A stretch of 64,000 nucleotides of DNA from an uncultured Candidatus Saccharibacteria bacterium (GTDB lineage: Bacteria > Patescibacteriota > Minisyncoccia > Phycocordibacterales > Phycocordibacteraceae): NCBI GenBank assembly GCA_964650475.1, contig CAZYRK010000002.1:12087-76086 (forward strand). The letters are read 5' to 3'. Below the pieces are notes generated by a model. The model was not told the DNA's origin. It did not search any database and saw only the letters and a program-made list of their open reading frames with translations. The translations under genes and the position numbers were made by a program. Shown piece by piece: positions 35,505-45,996 of the stretch. Position 1 is the stretch's first letter. Each line of letters begins with the position of its first letter.

Positions 35505-37049
35505 TCAAAAAGAGATAGGCGGTGCCTGCGTATCGTCTCGCGGAGAAGTGGAGGTTTCCAAAGCTAGTGCGGGCTCGGGAAGTGCGTATAAAGTTTTACG
35601 AAAAGAAAGTCTGCGGGCAAAAAGAAATAAACTTATATAAGTAACTACGACCCACGCAAAAGAAAACGAGGGAACCGAAAATGCGGAGAAAGGAATGTTT
35701 GCAACAAAATGCACGACAGCGATTATGTAATGCAAAAGAATATATGCGGGAAGCCCCACAAGCGGAGCGAGCGCTGGGGAGAAAAAAGCAAAGAAGCCTG
35801 CGAAAGCGGATGTAGCCATCGCAAGAGGCACGAGGGGTAAAACAAGAAAGTTTGCAGGAAGTGCCACAACCGAAAAAAGTCCGTTCACATAAAGCAAAAG
35901 TGGCAAAACTGCAATCTGTGCAGAAGTGGTCGACGCCACAATCTCGCGAAGAAAGGTGCTTTTAATAAAACCGAGTTTCGGCTCCAAAAGTGGCACGCCT
36001 AAAATAAGCCCAAGAGTTGCTATCACGGACAAGTCAAAACCAAAACTGAAAGCGAGCAAGAGCGGGTTCCACAAAACCATAAGGAGCACTGCAAATACAA
36101 GCGCGCGAGTTACGTCATATGTGCGACCTGTTGAAAGAGCTGTTAGAGCAAAGAGTGCCATAAGTCCGGCGCGAACACTCGAGGCTCCCGCTCCGGAGGC
36201 AAGTACAAACATTCCTATTATAAAACCAGCACATAGCGAAGCCTTTCTGCGCGAAAGAAACGAGAGCAATAAAAGTACAGCCTCTGCGACAATCATCACG
36301 TTGTATCCGGAAAGTACTATTACATGTACAAGTCCCGAGCGCACAAAGTCTTTAAGCAAACCCGCTCCAAGCCCTTGCGTGCCTCCGGCAACTATCCCTC
36401 CGGCAAGAGATGCTTCCGGCTCGGGAAGAGCAAACCCAAGAGCGTATAGAAATTTTTGTTTCAAGCCGATAAGCCAGCCATACACATGGGGAAAAATATT
36501 TGTCGGTGGTTTTATTTTTGTAAGCGAGGCGTGTTGCATCAAAGAAAAAACTCCCTTCACAGCGAGGTACCTGTCGTATCGAAATGTTCGCCCGTACTCT
36601 GTTGCAAAAGGTTTCGGTTTTTTTAATTCTCCAGAAATTGAAACTTTCTCTCCATATGAAATATTTACTCCGCGCGACAAAGAGACAAGCACGTTCGTGC
36701 TTGTCTCTTTGTCGCGCACGGAAACGATGACGTTTTGTTTTGTATCTCGTATATCCGGAGAGCCGACAACAGTTCCAAACAAAACCACTTTCTTGCCGAT
36801 ATCTTTTGCAAAAGTTTTTGGAAGAGAAAAAGGGGTTATTGAAACGCGAGCAATCCCCGCAAGCGATGCGAAAAATATAATTCCGATTAGTGCGTACAAG
36901 GGTCTGCGTGTAAAAAACCACCCGGCGATAAAAACAAATGCGATTACCGCAAGAAACCCCAGCGCTTGGTTTGAAAAAATATAAAATGACCGTGCAAAAA
37001 CTCCGAGTAAAAAACCTGCGACGATAAAGAAAAATCGTCGGCTTCGCAT
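35505..37049 (-). CDS. comEC: ComEC/Rec2 DNA-uptake channel (membrane competence domain)
   Basis: 514 aa polytopic membrane protein with DUF4131 + competence-domain architecture. It overlaps the rnhA stop by 4 nt. Confidence 0.75.
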   Translation of the reverse strand: MRSRRFFFIVAGFLLGVFARSFYIFSNQALGFLAVIAFVFIAGWFFTRRPLYALIGIIFFASLAGIARVSITPFSLPKTFAKDIGKKVVLFGTVVGSPDIRDTKQNVIVSVRDKETSTNVLVSLSRGVNISYGEKVSISGELKKPKPFATEYGRTFRYDRYLAVKGVFSLMQHASLTKIKPPTNIFPHVYGWLIGLKQKFLYALGFALPEPEASLAGGIVAGGTQGLGAGLLKDFVRSGLVHVIVLSGYNVMIVAEAVLLLLSFLSRRKASLCAGFIIGMFVLASGAGASSVRAGLMALFALTALSTGRTYDVTRALVFAVLLMVLWNPLLLAFSFGFDLSVIATLGLILGVPLLEPKLGFIKSTFLREIVASTTSAQIAVLPLLLYVNGLFSVVALPANFLVLPLVPLAMATSAFAGFFAFFSPALAPLVGLPAYILLHYIIAVVHFVANIPFSAFSVPSFSFAWVVVTYISLFLFARRLSFRKTLYALPEPALALETSTSPRDDTQAPPISF

Positions 37050-37052
37050 GCA

Positions 37053-37472
37053 CTACTCTTTACTATCCATCGCTTCGTTTGCCAGAAGGTCTGCGTCTTT
37101 ATTTTGTTCGCGTGGGATATGAGTAAACTCCACATTGCCAAATACAGACATCGCTTCTTTAAGTTTCATTTGCTGTGTGCGCAATACCGGATGCTTCACG
37201 CGGTATATTCCTTTCATCTGTTTTACAACAAGCTCGCTGTCCATCTTCACAAACACTTCGGTATCGGGAAGAGACTTCTCCGGAACAATTGATGCGAGTT
37301 TTTGTATGGCGAGAATAATCGCTTCGTACTCTGCAAAATTATTTGTGCGCGTTCCGAGAAACTTTGAGACCGACGCTACTGTGTTTCCTTTCTCGTCACG
37401 AATAACGGCTCCGGCTCCGGCGGGTCCGGGGTTTCCTCTCGAACCGCCGTCTGTGTGGATTGTGTAATGCAT
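37053..37472 (-). CDS. rnhA: Ribonuclease HI
   Basis: 139 aa, ..IHTDGGSRGNPGPAGAGAVI....DADLLAN.. RNase H catalytic residues. Confidence 0.88.
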   Translation of the reverse strand: MHYTIHTDGGSRGNPGPAGAGAVIRDEKGNTVASVSKFLGTRTNNFAEYEAIILAIQKLASIVPEKSLPDTEVFVKMDSELVVKQMKGIYRVKHPVLRTQQMKLKEAMSVFGNVEFTHIPREQNKDADLLANEAMDSKE

Positions 37473-37504
37473 AATATTTTATTTCAAAATAACCTATCCA
37501 GAAA

Positions 37505-37545
37505 AAAACTCAACCGCGCGGAGCGCGCGGTTGAGTTTTTTTCTA
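37505..37545. terminator. Hairpin terminator
   Basis: AAAAAAACTCAACCGCGCG-GAG-CGCGCGGTTGAGTTTTTTTC lies between recJ and rnhA. Confidence 0.5.
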
Positions 37546-37598
37546 AAAATAAATTTCATTTATTACTACGTTGTACATAAAAAAATAATCTCGCGCGT

Positions 37599-39314
37599 CT
37601 AAATAATTTTTAACAAACGGAAACGCAAAGTGTTTTTGTACAAAAAAGTATCGCGTTCCAAGTGCGCGAGTATCGTAATGCGCGAGGAAATCTCTATATT
37701 TTTAACTCTAGTTCGTAAATCGTGCTTCGCGAAGAAAGCAATCGCCTCAAGGGTTCCACGAGCTCCATTTAGCGATAATTTAATGTGCTCCTCATTTTTA
37801 CCAAACGATGAAACTTTTTTGACCTCTATTTCACGCAATATCCAAGCCGGTTTTTTGTTGCCTTCGCCAAAAGGTGCGAGCTGTTCCAAGCGAGAAAGAA
37901 AATCGAAAGTTGCATCTGCAATCAAAAGTTCTGCGTCCGCATAAACAGGCAACACGCCGTCTTTATTTTTATCGAGTGTTTCAAAAGTTTTATTTAATCT
38001 CTCTTCAAGAAAAAAGATGGAGTCATCGCGTACGGAAAAACCTCCTGCCGGAGCGTGCCCTCCACACCTCGTAAAAGTTTCCGGCGTCGCACTCATAAGT
38101 TCAAAAACATCGGTAACACCTTCACTGCGACACGAGCCTTTTATTGTTCCATCCTCTTCGCGACCCCAAACAAAAGTCGGACGTCCATACTCCTCTGCAA
38201 CGCTCCCCGCCACAAGCCCAAGAAGTGACGGGCGCCACTGCGGGTCGCCGATAGCAATCACGCTCGGCAAATTTTCTGAAGCCTTGCGTTCTTTAAGACG
38301 TGCATAAACATTTCTCGTGATACTCGCCACCGCACTTTTCCTACGACGGTTTGCAGACTCGAGTTTCTTTGCGAGAGTGTTTGCTTCATCAGTATCGTCT
38401 GTGGCAAAAAGACGAAAAGCGTCCACTGGGTCGCCCATTCTAGACGCTGCATTTATTCGCGGAGCAATCATAAAACCAACATCGTCTTCTGTAATAGTGC
38501 GTGCATTAACACGCATAACATTGCATAGAGCGGAGAGACCTTTTCGAGGAGATTTCCTAAGCACAAGCAAACCGTATTTTGCGAGAACTCGATTCTCTCC
38601 GACAAGAGGAACCATGTCTGCGATTGTTGCAATACCGACCATATCAAGAAGCCATTTTTCCCACCCCTCGTGGATACTCTCCCGTTTTTCAAAACCAGTA
38701 GCGAGGGTTGCCACGACCAGTTTCCATGCAAGTGCCGCTCCGCACAAATCGCGAAAAGGATACGTCTCGCCCGATTGTTTTGGGTCCACTATGGCGTATG
38801 CGTCCGGAATATTTTCACCGACTTCGTGATGGTCTGTGACAATAACATCGATGCCGAGCTCTTTCGCGCGGGCGATAGGCTCCACATCTGTGATGCCAGA
38901 ATCGACAGTAACAACCAGCGTCACACCCTCGCTCGCTAGCTTTTCAATGCCGTCGATATTTACTCCGTACCCTTCCAAATTTCTGTGCGGAATATAGTTT
39001 GTAAAACGCACCCCTGCTTTTTTTAGAAAGTCGTGCATCACGACTGCCCCCGGAATACCGTCTGCATCGTAGTCGCTCCACACCGCTACGTGCTCATCAT
39101 TATCAATCGCCTTGGCGAGACGCGCAGAAGCGCGTGGCATGTTTTTCATCAGCATCGGATTGTGTACGTTCTCGTCATATGATGGGTGCAAAAAAACTTC
39201 CGCCTCGACGGCGTTTGCAACACCGCGCCGAGAAAGAAGCATCGCCGTTAGCTCATCGTATTCGGAAAGTTTTTCGCGAAGATCGGCGTCAATCGGAGTA
39301 TGAAACGGAACCAT
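37599..39314 (-). CDS. recJ: Single-stranded-DNA-specific exonuclease RecJ (DHH family)
   Basis: 571 aa, DHH and DHHA1 motifs (..VTDHHEV..). Confidence 0.88.
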   Translation of the reverse strand: MVPFHTPIDADLREKLSEYDELTAMLLSRRGVANAVEAEVFLHPSYDENVHNPMLMKNMPRASARLAKAIDNDEHVAVWSDYDADGIPGAVVMHDFLKKAGVRFTNYIPHRNLEGYGVNIDGIEKLASEGVTLVVTVDSGITDVEPIARAKELGIDVIVTDHHEVGENIPDAYAIVDPKQSGETYPFRDLCGAALAWKLVVATLATGFEKRESIHEGWEKWLLDMVGIATIADMVPLVGENRVLAKYGLLVLRKSPRKGLSALCNVMRVNARTITEDDVGFMIAPRINAASRMGDPVDAFRLFATDDTDEANTLAKKLESANRRRKSAVASITRNVYARLKERKASENLPSVIAIGDPQWRPSLLGLVAGSVAEEYGRPTFVWGREEDGTIKGSCRSEGVTDVFELMSATPETFTRCGGHAPAGGFSVRDDSIFFLEERLNKTFETLDKNKDGVLPVYADAELLIADATFDFLSRLEQLAPFGEGNKKPAWILREIEVKKVSSFGKNEEHIKLSLNGARGTLEAIAFFAKHDLRTRVKNIEISSRITILAHLERDTFLYKNTLRFRLLKII

Positions 39315-39468
39315 GCGTACTACTATGCTCTAAAAAAACAAACTTGTCGATATAAAAAACCGAGAGTTTTTCTCGTAAACACTGGTTATTGGAAAAAGTA
39401 AAACAGTGGTTGGGGAATAGAAAATCGGCACCAACCCGTAGGGTTGGTGCCGATGCTTTGCCGATGCT

Positions 39469-39984
39469 TTACAGAAAGCCTTCGAACCATCTATCCGGTG
39501 GTTTTTCTACAACCTCCGGAAAATGGTGGTGGAGGACCGCCTGAAGTAAAACGACATTCCTCTCAGAGAGGTCTACATAGCCGTAAGCTATACGCACACC
39601 CTTCTCCCCTTCCAAAAGAAATTTGGCGGAAGAAAGGTACTCCAGTTCAGCAAGATGGTTTTCCGTGATTGAGTTGCAATAGGCGCAAAAATTGCCATAG
39701 AGCTGTACAAGCTCAGTATTGCGTCTGTTGCAAAGAGCTTTTTCCATACTTAGATTATATGGAGTAACTCTTGCAAAGGACACTTCTTTATATGTCGGGA
39801 GCCCGACAATTCGTAAGTAGGTCTCTTTTCTTTTCGGGTTTTCCAAGCTCTCTACCGACACGCACACCAAAATAAGAACTGTTAAGATGTGTTTCTTTTC
39901 ATCTTTTTTGGTGATTATACCAATACAAAACCTTGAGCTATCAACATAAACAATACAAAAACAACTCACCTTTCTGTTGTCCAT
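39469..39984 (-). CDS. Hypothetical protein (Cys-rich segment)
   Basis: 171-aa ORF, terminator-like hairpin downstream (39425-39452), no family assignment. Confidence 0.35.
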   Translation of the reverse strand: MDNRKVSCFCIVYVDSSRFCIGIITKKDEKKHILTVLILVCVSVESLENPKRKETYLRIVGLPTYKEVSFARVTPYNLSMEKALCNRRNTELVQLYGNFCAYCNSITENHLAELEYLSSAKFLLEGEKGVRIAYGYVDLSERNVVLLQAVLHHHFPEVVEKPPDRWFEGFL

Positions 39985-40127
39985 AACAAAGAACCTCCTT
40001 TCGGAACTCGGGGCACCTCGCTAATGAGGTTTCTTATTTCCCGGTACCAATGGCGACACACTACCATATTAAAACAACAACGCCAAATTTCCCAGCTAAT
40101 GTGCTATGTTGTCAAGTTCTTATTTTT

Positions 40128-41273
40128 TTACTTCCCGTGTTCAAGAGCTTCGATACCCACGAGAGTGCCGTCTGTAAGAAAATCGAGCATCGCTCCACCT
40201 CCGGTTGAAACAAAAGAAAATTTATCACTAATGCCAAGCGACTCTATCGCGGAAACGGTATCTCCACCACCAACTATCGACTGTGCGGAACTCTTTGCAA
40301 TAGCAAAAGCGAGTTTTGTATCTCCGTCCGTAAAGCCTTTTTCATAATTCCCGAGAGGTCCGTTCCATAGCACGGTTTTTGCTTCTTTGACCAAAGAAGC
40401 AAAAACCGTGCTAGTCTCTTCCCCAACATCAAAAGCCGACTCGTCTTCGCCGATATTGTCTAGTGCGCGCGGTATTTTTTTTGTAGCGTCTTCATCGGCT
40501 TTTGCCACGACGACGTCTACCGGCAAAACCAAATTTTCATTTTTAAGAAGTGCGCGCACGCTGTCTTGGTTTGCTCCCGAAACCCGAGAAGTACCCATCT
40601 TATAGCCCTTTGCGAGCAGAAAGTCATTTGCAAGTGCTCCACCTACAGCAACATGTTCATACGAGTTAAGAAGAGTTTTTATGACAGGCTCTTTTGTATC
40701 AAATTTTGCTCCACCGATAACAGCGAGAGAGGGGTGTTCCGGAGTGCGCGCTTCGGACAAGTTTTTTACTTCCTCTGCAAGCAAAAGACCTGCGTACGAA
40801 GGCAAGAACTTTGGCACCCCAACGATGGAAGCGTGTTCACGATGGCACGTATCAAAAGCGTCTTGCACAAAAACATCTGCAAGGCTCGCCAGAGCGCGGG
40901 CGAAGCCCGCGTCATTTCCCACTTCACCGGGGTTCTGCCTTAAATTTTCAAGCAACAGCACTTCCCCACCCTTAAGCGATTGCTTCATCGCCACCGCCAA
41001 AGGACCGATAGATTCAGATGAAAATCTGACCCTTCTCAGCTTGGAAGCGAGTGCTCGGTACACAGGCATTAATGTTTCTGTTGGAGACCTTCCGATGTGT
41101 CCGCAGACAATCACTTTTGCTCCGGCGTTTGTAAGAAATTTAATAGTCGGTATCGTGCTACGTAAACGAAAATCACTTGTTATGTCTCCGTTTAGCACCG
41201 GCTCGTTTAGTGGAGCGCGAACAAGCACGATCGCTCCGGCAAGAGAAGGAATATTTCGAACGGTTTTCATCAT
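40128..41273 (-). CDS. pgk: Phosphoglycerate kinase
   Basis: 381 aa, typical PGK N- and C-domain signatures. Confidence 0.92.
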   Translation of the reverse strand: MMKTVRNIPSLAGAIVLVRAPLNEPVLNGDITSDFRLRSTIPTIKFLTNAGAKVIVCGHIGRSPTETLMPVYRALASKLRRVRFSSESIGPLAVAMKQSLKGGEVLLLENLRQNPGEVGNDAGFARALASLADVFVQDAFDTCHREHASIVGVPKFLPSYAGLLLAEEVKNLSEARTPEHPSLAVIGGAKFDTKEPVIKTLLNSYEHVAVGGALANDFLLAKGYKMGTSRVSGANQDSVRALLKNENLVLPVDVVVAKADEDATKKIPRALDNIGEDESAFDVGEETSTVFASLVKEAKTVLWNGPLGNYEKGFTDGDTKLAFAIAKSSAQSIVGGGDTVSAIESLGISDKFSFVSTGGGAMLDFLTDGTLVGIEALEHGK

Positions 41274-42016
41274 ACACTTACAGCACCGACAAGAGCCTTA
41301 AATGAATCTGGCTCAACAGCGGAGTGCCCTATGAGAAACCCGTCCACACCACTTCCCTCCGCAAGCACTCGAATATTGTCCGGCTCTACAGAACCTCCGT
41401 AAAGTATTTTTGTGCGCAAAGAGCCCCTACCAGGCAGAAATTCCGAAAGAGCTTTTCGAATATAAAGTATCATCTCAGTGAGATCTGCTGTTGTTATCGA
41501 TTCGGACGATGTCTTTCCTATAGCCCAAACAGGTTCATAGGCTATCAATATTTTAATACGTTCTTTTTGTGAAAGAGGTTCAAAAGCGGAGGATATTTCT
41601 TCTCGTAGAAAGGAGAGGTATCCTCCATTGTCGTCGCGCGAGCGCTCACCTACGCACAAGATAGGAGAAAGCCCCTGCGCGAGCGCGCGCTCAAGCTTTT
41701 GTGATATCTCAGAATTAGTCTCTCCTCTTGCTCTGCGCTCCGAGTGCCCGACAATAGCATACGTCGCTCCAGCCTCGCGAGCGGAGCCTGCGGTCACCTC
41801 GCCTGTTTGCGCGCCACCAGATATAGTAGAAATATCTTGCACAGCAAAAGCAAGTTTTGAATTGTTTTTTTCCGCAAGCAAACCCAAAAAGACGGTCGGC
41901 GGGGCGATGATAAAATCGTGCTCGGTGCTTCCCGCTAGCCTCTTTGCAACGGATACAAGCTTTTTTGCTTTTTCCAAAGACTCGACATACGCTTTCCAGT
42001 TCGTAGCAATAATCAT
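41270..42016 (-). CDS. tpiA: Triosephosphate isomerase
   Basis: 248 aa, MIIATNWKAY.. and ..AYEPVWAIGTG.. TIM signatures. Confidence 0.93.
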   Translation of the reverse strand: MIIATNWKAYVESLEKAKKLVSVAKRLAGSTEHDFIIAPPTVFLGLLAEKNNSKLAFAVQDISTISGGAQTGEVTAGSAREAGATYAIVGHSERRARGETNSEISQKLERALAQGLSPILCVGERSRDDNGGYLSFLREEISSAFEPLSQKERIKILIAYEPVWAIGKTSSESITTADLTEMILYIRKALSEFLPGRGSLRTKILYGGSVEPDNIRVLAEGSGVDGFLIGHSAVEPDSFKALVGAVSV

Positions 42017-42092
42017 TGGTCGTATTGTATCATTTTACCTGCCAAGTTTTTTGGTCTAAGATATCGTTTGAACAGATTATCCGTATTTTTGG

Positions 42093-43583
42093 TTACTCTT
42101 GTCTCCAGTCAATGAATTTGTACGTGGAGGAAGTGGTCGGAGTAAATGGCGGGGGGTTAATAAACTGAGACCTGTCAAAAGAGTTGGTACGAGTTGCGTA
42201 TCCAGAGAAAAACGTATTTCCGCATGCTGGAGTTCCGCTCCACTGTGTACCTGTTCTCTTTTGTGAAACAACTGTTCCGTACATAGAAAGAGAATTTTTT
42301 TGACTGTATTCCAAATATCCTTGCACAAAAGTCCGCGTCTCCCAATCCCAAAAAGAAGTGCAAGCATATCCGTTACGTCCGAAAGCACCGTTTTGAGCTA
42401 CGAAGATACCATACAAAGTCATATCCTCCGGTGAATCTGCGCCGATAAGAACATCGTTTTGCGCCATAAGAGTAAGCCCTGCGCTCGGTGAATTGTAGGT
42501 GATACTATTTTTAAGAACAGCGTCGGTCTCTATTCCTGCAGTATCAATATTTGCAGAAACAAGAGTGACCTTTCGACTAAGCACCCCCTCGACCCATATA
42601 TTGTCTTCTACAAAAATAAGTGCGCAATCTGCTGGGATTGTGTATGTACCCATCAAAGTATCGGACGCAATTACGGTATGGTCGTTCCACCCAAAATCGC
42701 TTGTAGCATCGACTGGAAGTGCATCAAGAGTATATGTTCTCGTTACTTTATATACAGTTATAGTTCCGTTGCCGTTAAAATCAAGCAAGTACCCACGGTG
42801 ACTCGCTCTACTGCTACCAGTGCTATATCGTGGAAAATAAAGACCTTGTGTCTGTGCGATAGACCTAAGTGAGGAGAAGTTAGCGGAGATAGCATTAAAA
42901 TCTATCTGCGGAGTAGGGTATTTCCACAAATTCTGATTATCTCCGGAACCAAACACACCATTTACCCATTGGTCCGGAACACAGCCAAAATTACGTGTAC
43001 AATCCCAGCTTGAAACAGAGCTTGTAACAGGGGCGTTCGCTGTTCCGTCCATACGTATGCCTCCGTTTGAGTGATATGGTCCGTTAATTATTCTGTCCGG
43101 ACCTGCCCAAACGCTTCCGTTAATAACATACGAATACTGCGCGACTGTGGGTTGCGCATAATGGGCGACAATCGTACGAGATATGTTTGGATAAGCTTCA
43201 GGAACTCCGGTCGACTTTATATCAATAGAAGTAGTCTTTCCGCATGATTGGGTTCCGGAAATATCGAGAGTGTACGTTCCTATAACACCGCCTTCTGGAT
43301 CGTTATAATCGATAGTGTACGGGCCCGGCAAACCTGTACCATTTTGCAGATCGTTGGGAAAATGCGCGAGATGCCACCGGTAATATTCGACGCCAGCTTC
43401 GGCAATAGATAGGGCGTTGCTTTTTGCACGGTTTGCTATCTCGAAATTGTTTTCTGAAAGAACGTAACCAGAGAGACCAGAGAAGACCGTAAAAAAGATT
43501 GCTCCAAAAACGAGCGCGAGCAACATAATGGAACCGGATTTATGATTATAGGGCGTACGTTGCATAAAAATATAATACCGCAT
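42093..43583 (-). CDS. PilX-like type IV pilus minor pilin/assembly protein
   Basis: 496 aa, N-terminal TM helix then ..NRAKSNALSIAEAGVEYYRWHL.. (PilX N-terminal-domain-like). Confidence 0.5.
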   Translation of the reverse strand: MRYYIFMQRTPYNHKSGSIMLLALVFGAIFFTVFSGLSGYVLSENNFEIANRAKSNALSIAEAGVEYYRWHLAHFPNDLQNGTGLPGPYTIDYNDPEGGVIGTYTLDISGTQSCGKTTSIDIKSTGVPEAYPNISRTIVAHYAQPTVAQYSYVINGSVWAGPDRIINGPYHSNGGIRMDGTANAPVTSSVSSWDCTRNFGCVPDQWVNGVFGSGDNQNLWKYPTPQIDFNAISANFSSLRSIAQTQGLYFPRYSTGSSRASHRGYLLDFNGNGTITVYKVTRTYTLDALPVDATSDFGWNDHTVIASDTLMGTYTIPADCALIFVEDNIWVEGVLSRKVTLVSANIDTAGIETDAVLKNSITYNSPSAGLTLMAQNDVLIGADSPEDMTLYGIFVAQNGAFGRNGYACTSFWDWETRTFVQGYLEYSQKNSLSMYGTVVSQKRTGTQWSGTPACGNTFFSGYATRTNSFDRSQFINPPPFTPTTSSTYKFIDWRQE

Positions 43584-44167
43584 TATTGTGCGCTAATGTT
43601 GCGTAATTTTGCACCCGCGGAAAGAGTAAAGTCTTCCGGGGCGCGTGCGGGGTTTAAGTTTACGGTTATTGTCGTGTTTATGGACGTAATATCCGTAATG
43701 TTAACAGGTGAATAAAGTTCCGTTCCCGCAGAATCGTAATAACGGAAAATCGGTGTGCTTGTATCTGTGCGTACATACGTTGCAACAGTATCCGTAATAT
43801 CCGGCGTGTCCGAGTACACCGGAGGAACACCGGTCGGGATAGTTATACTTCGATAAAGAGTAGTGCCACTTAAATAATATTGAACTCTATCTACCACATC
43901 GTCGCCTTTCAAATCGACATAAAAAGTAACACTCGAATCTGTAGCGCTAACGATAGGGTACGCCCCGTCTTCTCCGTATGAGGCTTCGCGCAAATCACGC
44001 ATCGAGTTAATAATCCCGATGTGAGCACTTTCTACAGCTTTTGTTTGCTCAAAAACATACGCGTTTGTTCTGTAGAAATACTGTATAACAAACATCATCG
44101 CACTAAAGACAATGGCAAACATTGTCACTGTTACGATTGTTTCAATGAGAGTAAAACCGCGCGTCAT
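43583..44167 (-). CDS. Prepilin-type N-terminal cleavage/methylation domain pseudopilin
   Basis: MTRGFTLIETIVTVTMFAIV is a class III signal. The start is set at this Met; the ORF extends to 44257. Confidence 0.65.
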   Translation of the reverse strand: MTRGFTLIETIVTVTMFAIVFSAMMFVIQYFYRTNAYVFEQTKAVESAHIGIINSMRDLREASYGEDGAYPIVSATDSSVTFYVDLKGDDVVDRVQYYLSGTTLYRSITIPTGVPPVYSDTPDITDTVATYVRTDTSTPIFRYYDSAGTELYSPVNITDITSINTTITVNLNPARAPEDFTLSAGAKLRNISAQ

Positions 44168-44222
44168 GTCTTTATGATAGCACTGGGCTCGGCTACGCCG
44201 AGCCCAGTGCACACATTTAAGG

Positions 44223-45932
44223 TTAAGGGAAAGATGCAACATAGAAAACTTGTCCATCTACTTCGACATTTGAAAACGTTGTTGTTGTATAACCTGTCTT
44301 GGATATATCAACTGAATAATCAGTACTTGTGGCCAGATTTCCAAAGTACGCGGTTCCACATAAAGAAGTATCAACTGTTTTTGAGTATCCTTTTGCCGTT
44401 TCCGAGAGGCTTACACTTGCGTCTTGTACCGGGAAATTACTCGCGTCTGTCACTGTTACAAGCAATTGGTTTGTTGTTTTATCTCCTAGTATAAACGAGT
44501 TCGTACGGAAATCTCCCGGTCCCATAAAATACGGCGGGGTGGCGCAAGCGTCCAGTACATCATACCCACCAAATACAATAGAGTATTTATCTCCTTCGAG
44601 AGACATTTCTCGAACACCAAGAGCATCTGTTGTGGTTGATATTACAGTTTTATAAATAGGAGCTCCAGCACCCGTTGTACCTATCTCTTTAGTGCCCGTT
44701 AGTGTGAAGCCAGCATCTGCCAAAGGAGTCGGCGCGGTTTTGTAGCTGACCGTCCAATCAAAAAGCTTTGGCACTATCGAGGAGTTGCTTGTGGTTGCAA
44801 TAACACCAAGCACCAGTGTCGAGTATGTGCTGGTTGCAACATTTGAAAGGCTTACTGGGAAGCTACTAAACCCCTCGCTATTTCCAGAAAGCACTGTGTC
44901 TGGCAAAAGCGCTCCAGAAGAATCATATACACGAACACGCATGCCAGAACCTGATGATATTCCGGTATCCGCAGAAAGGCTTGTCCACGAATACAAATTG
45001 CTCGGGGCTATATTTGTAGATGTCGCATACCCCAAAAGTGCTCCGTCGACAAGCTCGAGATCTCCCAAAACAGCATCCATACTTGAAGTTGCGGAAAGTA
45101 GAGATTCATCTGCAAAAGTATCGCTGAACTCCGCTGAAGCTGGCGGAGAGTAAGTAAGTAGAGTTAGTGATGAGAGCAAGTCAATCGGAAAAGTGTACGC
45201 TGTCGTTTCATCTTTCACGACGGTTAGATACCCCGGATTTGGATTTTGGTTAAAAGAATCGCGAACATAAGTTTGAGCGGAAGAATAATCATCTTTCGAT
45301 ACATAAACCTGATACTCGGTAGAAGTCGGAGCGCCACCGAGCAAAACCTCTCCAGAAGTATCTGAAAATGTAGAGAGGTCGATTGCCGGAGCTGTACTAG
45401 CGTTTACAATACGAACCGTTGCCCCTGCAATCGGTGTGCCTGAGAAATTTACAACGTGTATTAAAAGAGTACCTCCACCATTTGTCGTTTCTATCCCTAC
45501 CGGTGAAAAGTTTGAAAGCAGAGTAACTTCTCTTGTAGCCCCCGCCGAAACATATGACACAACTATTTTGGCAAGTTTATAATCGGTCGTGATGCCGTTT
45601 GTGTCGTCTGCACCAAGCCCGTCTGCTGGATCGTCAATATACTGAATGTATGTCCGAACAGTATATGTAACGCCGTCGAGCACTATCGTTTTGTTTTGCG
45701 GTATGTTACCTGCCGGAATACCGCCGATAGTGCCAAGAGCGTCGTACGACAAGCCGCGCAAATATTCCATCTGAGATCCTGCAAGCGATGAAGCCCCCGC
45801 GCGCGCCTTTGCAAGACTCGACACGAGTATCGATGCTCGCAAGATTCCCAAAAGCGATACGAATATTATAAGAACCAGCGCCGAGCCGACGATAACATCG
45901 ATAAGTGTCATACCCCGTGCGCGAATATACAT
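44223..45932 (-). CDS. Large PilV-like pilin-family protein
   Basis: ..ARGMTLIDVIVGSALVLIIFVSLLGIL.. prepilin-like N-terminus followed by ~550-aa Ser/Thr-rich domain. The ORF in the track runs to 46121 through the repeat region, so the start is chosen at MYIRARGM. Confidence 0.55.
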   Translation of the reverse strand: MYIRARGMTLIDVIVGSALVLIIFVSLLGILRASILVSSLAKARAGASSLAGSQMEYLRGLSYDALGTIGGIPAGNIPQNKTIVLDGVTYTVRTYIQYIDDPADGLGADDTNGITTDYKLAKIVVSYVSAGATREVTLLSNFSPVGIETTNGGGTLLIHVVNFSGTPIAGATVRIVNASTAPAIDLSTFSDTSGEVLLGGAPTSTEYQVYVSKDDYSSAQTYVRDSFNQNPNPGYLTVVKDETTAYTFPIDLLSSLTLLTYSPPASAEFSDTFADESLLSATSSMDAVLGDLELVDGALLGYATSTNIAPSNLYSWTSLSADTGISSGSGMRVRVYDSSGALLPDTVLSGNSEGFSSFPVSLSNVATSTYSTLVLGVIATTSNSSIVPKLFDWTVSYKTAPTPLADAGFTLTGTKEIGTTGAGAPIYKTVISTTTDALGVREMSLEGDKYSIVFGGYDVLDACATPPYFMGPGDFRTNSFILGDKTTNQLLVTVTDASNFPVQDASVSLSETAKGYSKTVDTSLCGTAYFGNLATSTDYSVDISKTGYTTTTFSNVEVDGQVFYVASFP

Positions 45933-45996
45933 ATTATTTACATAATACAACACGTTCACCAAACGTACACAAAAACTTTTGCGTATCCTTCTTTGT

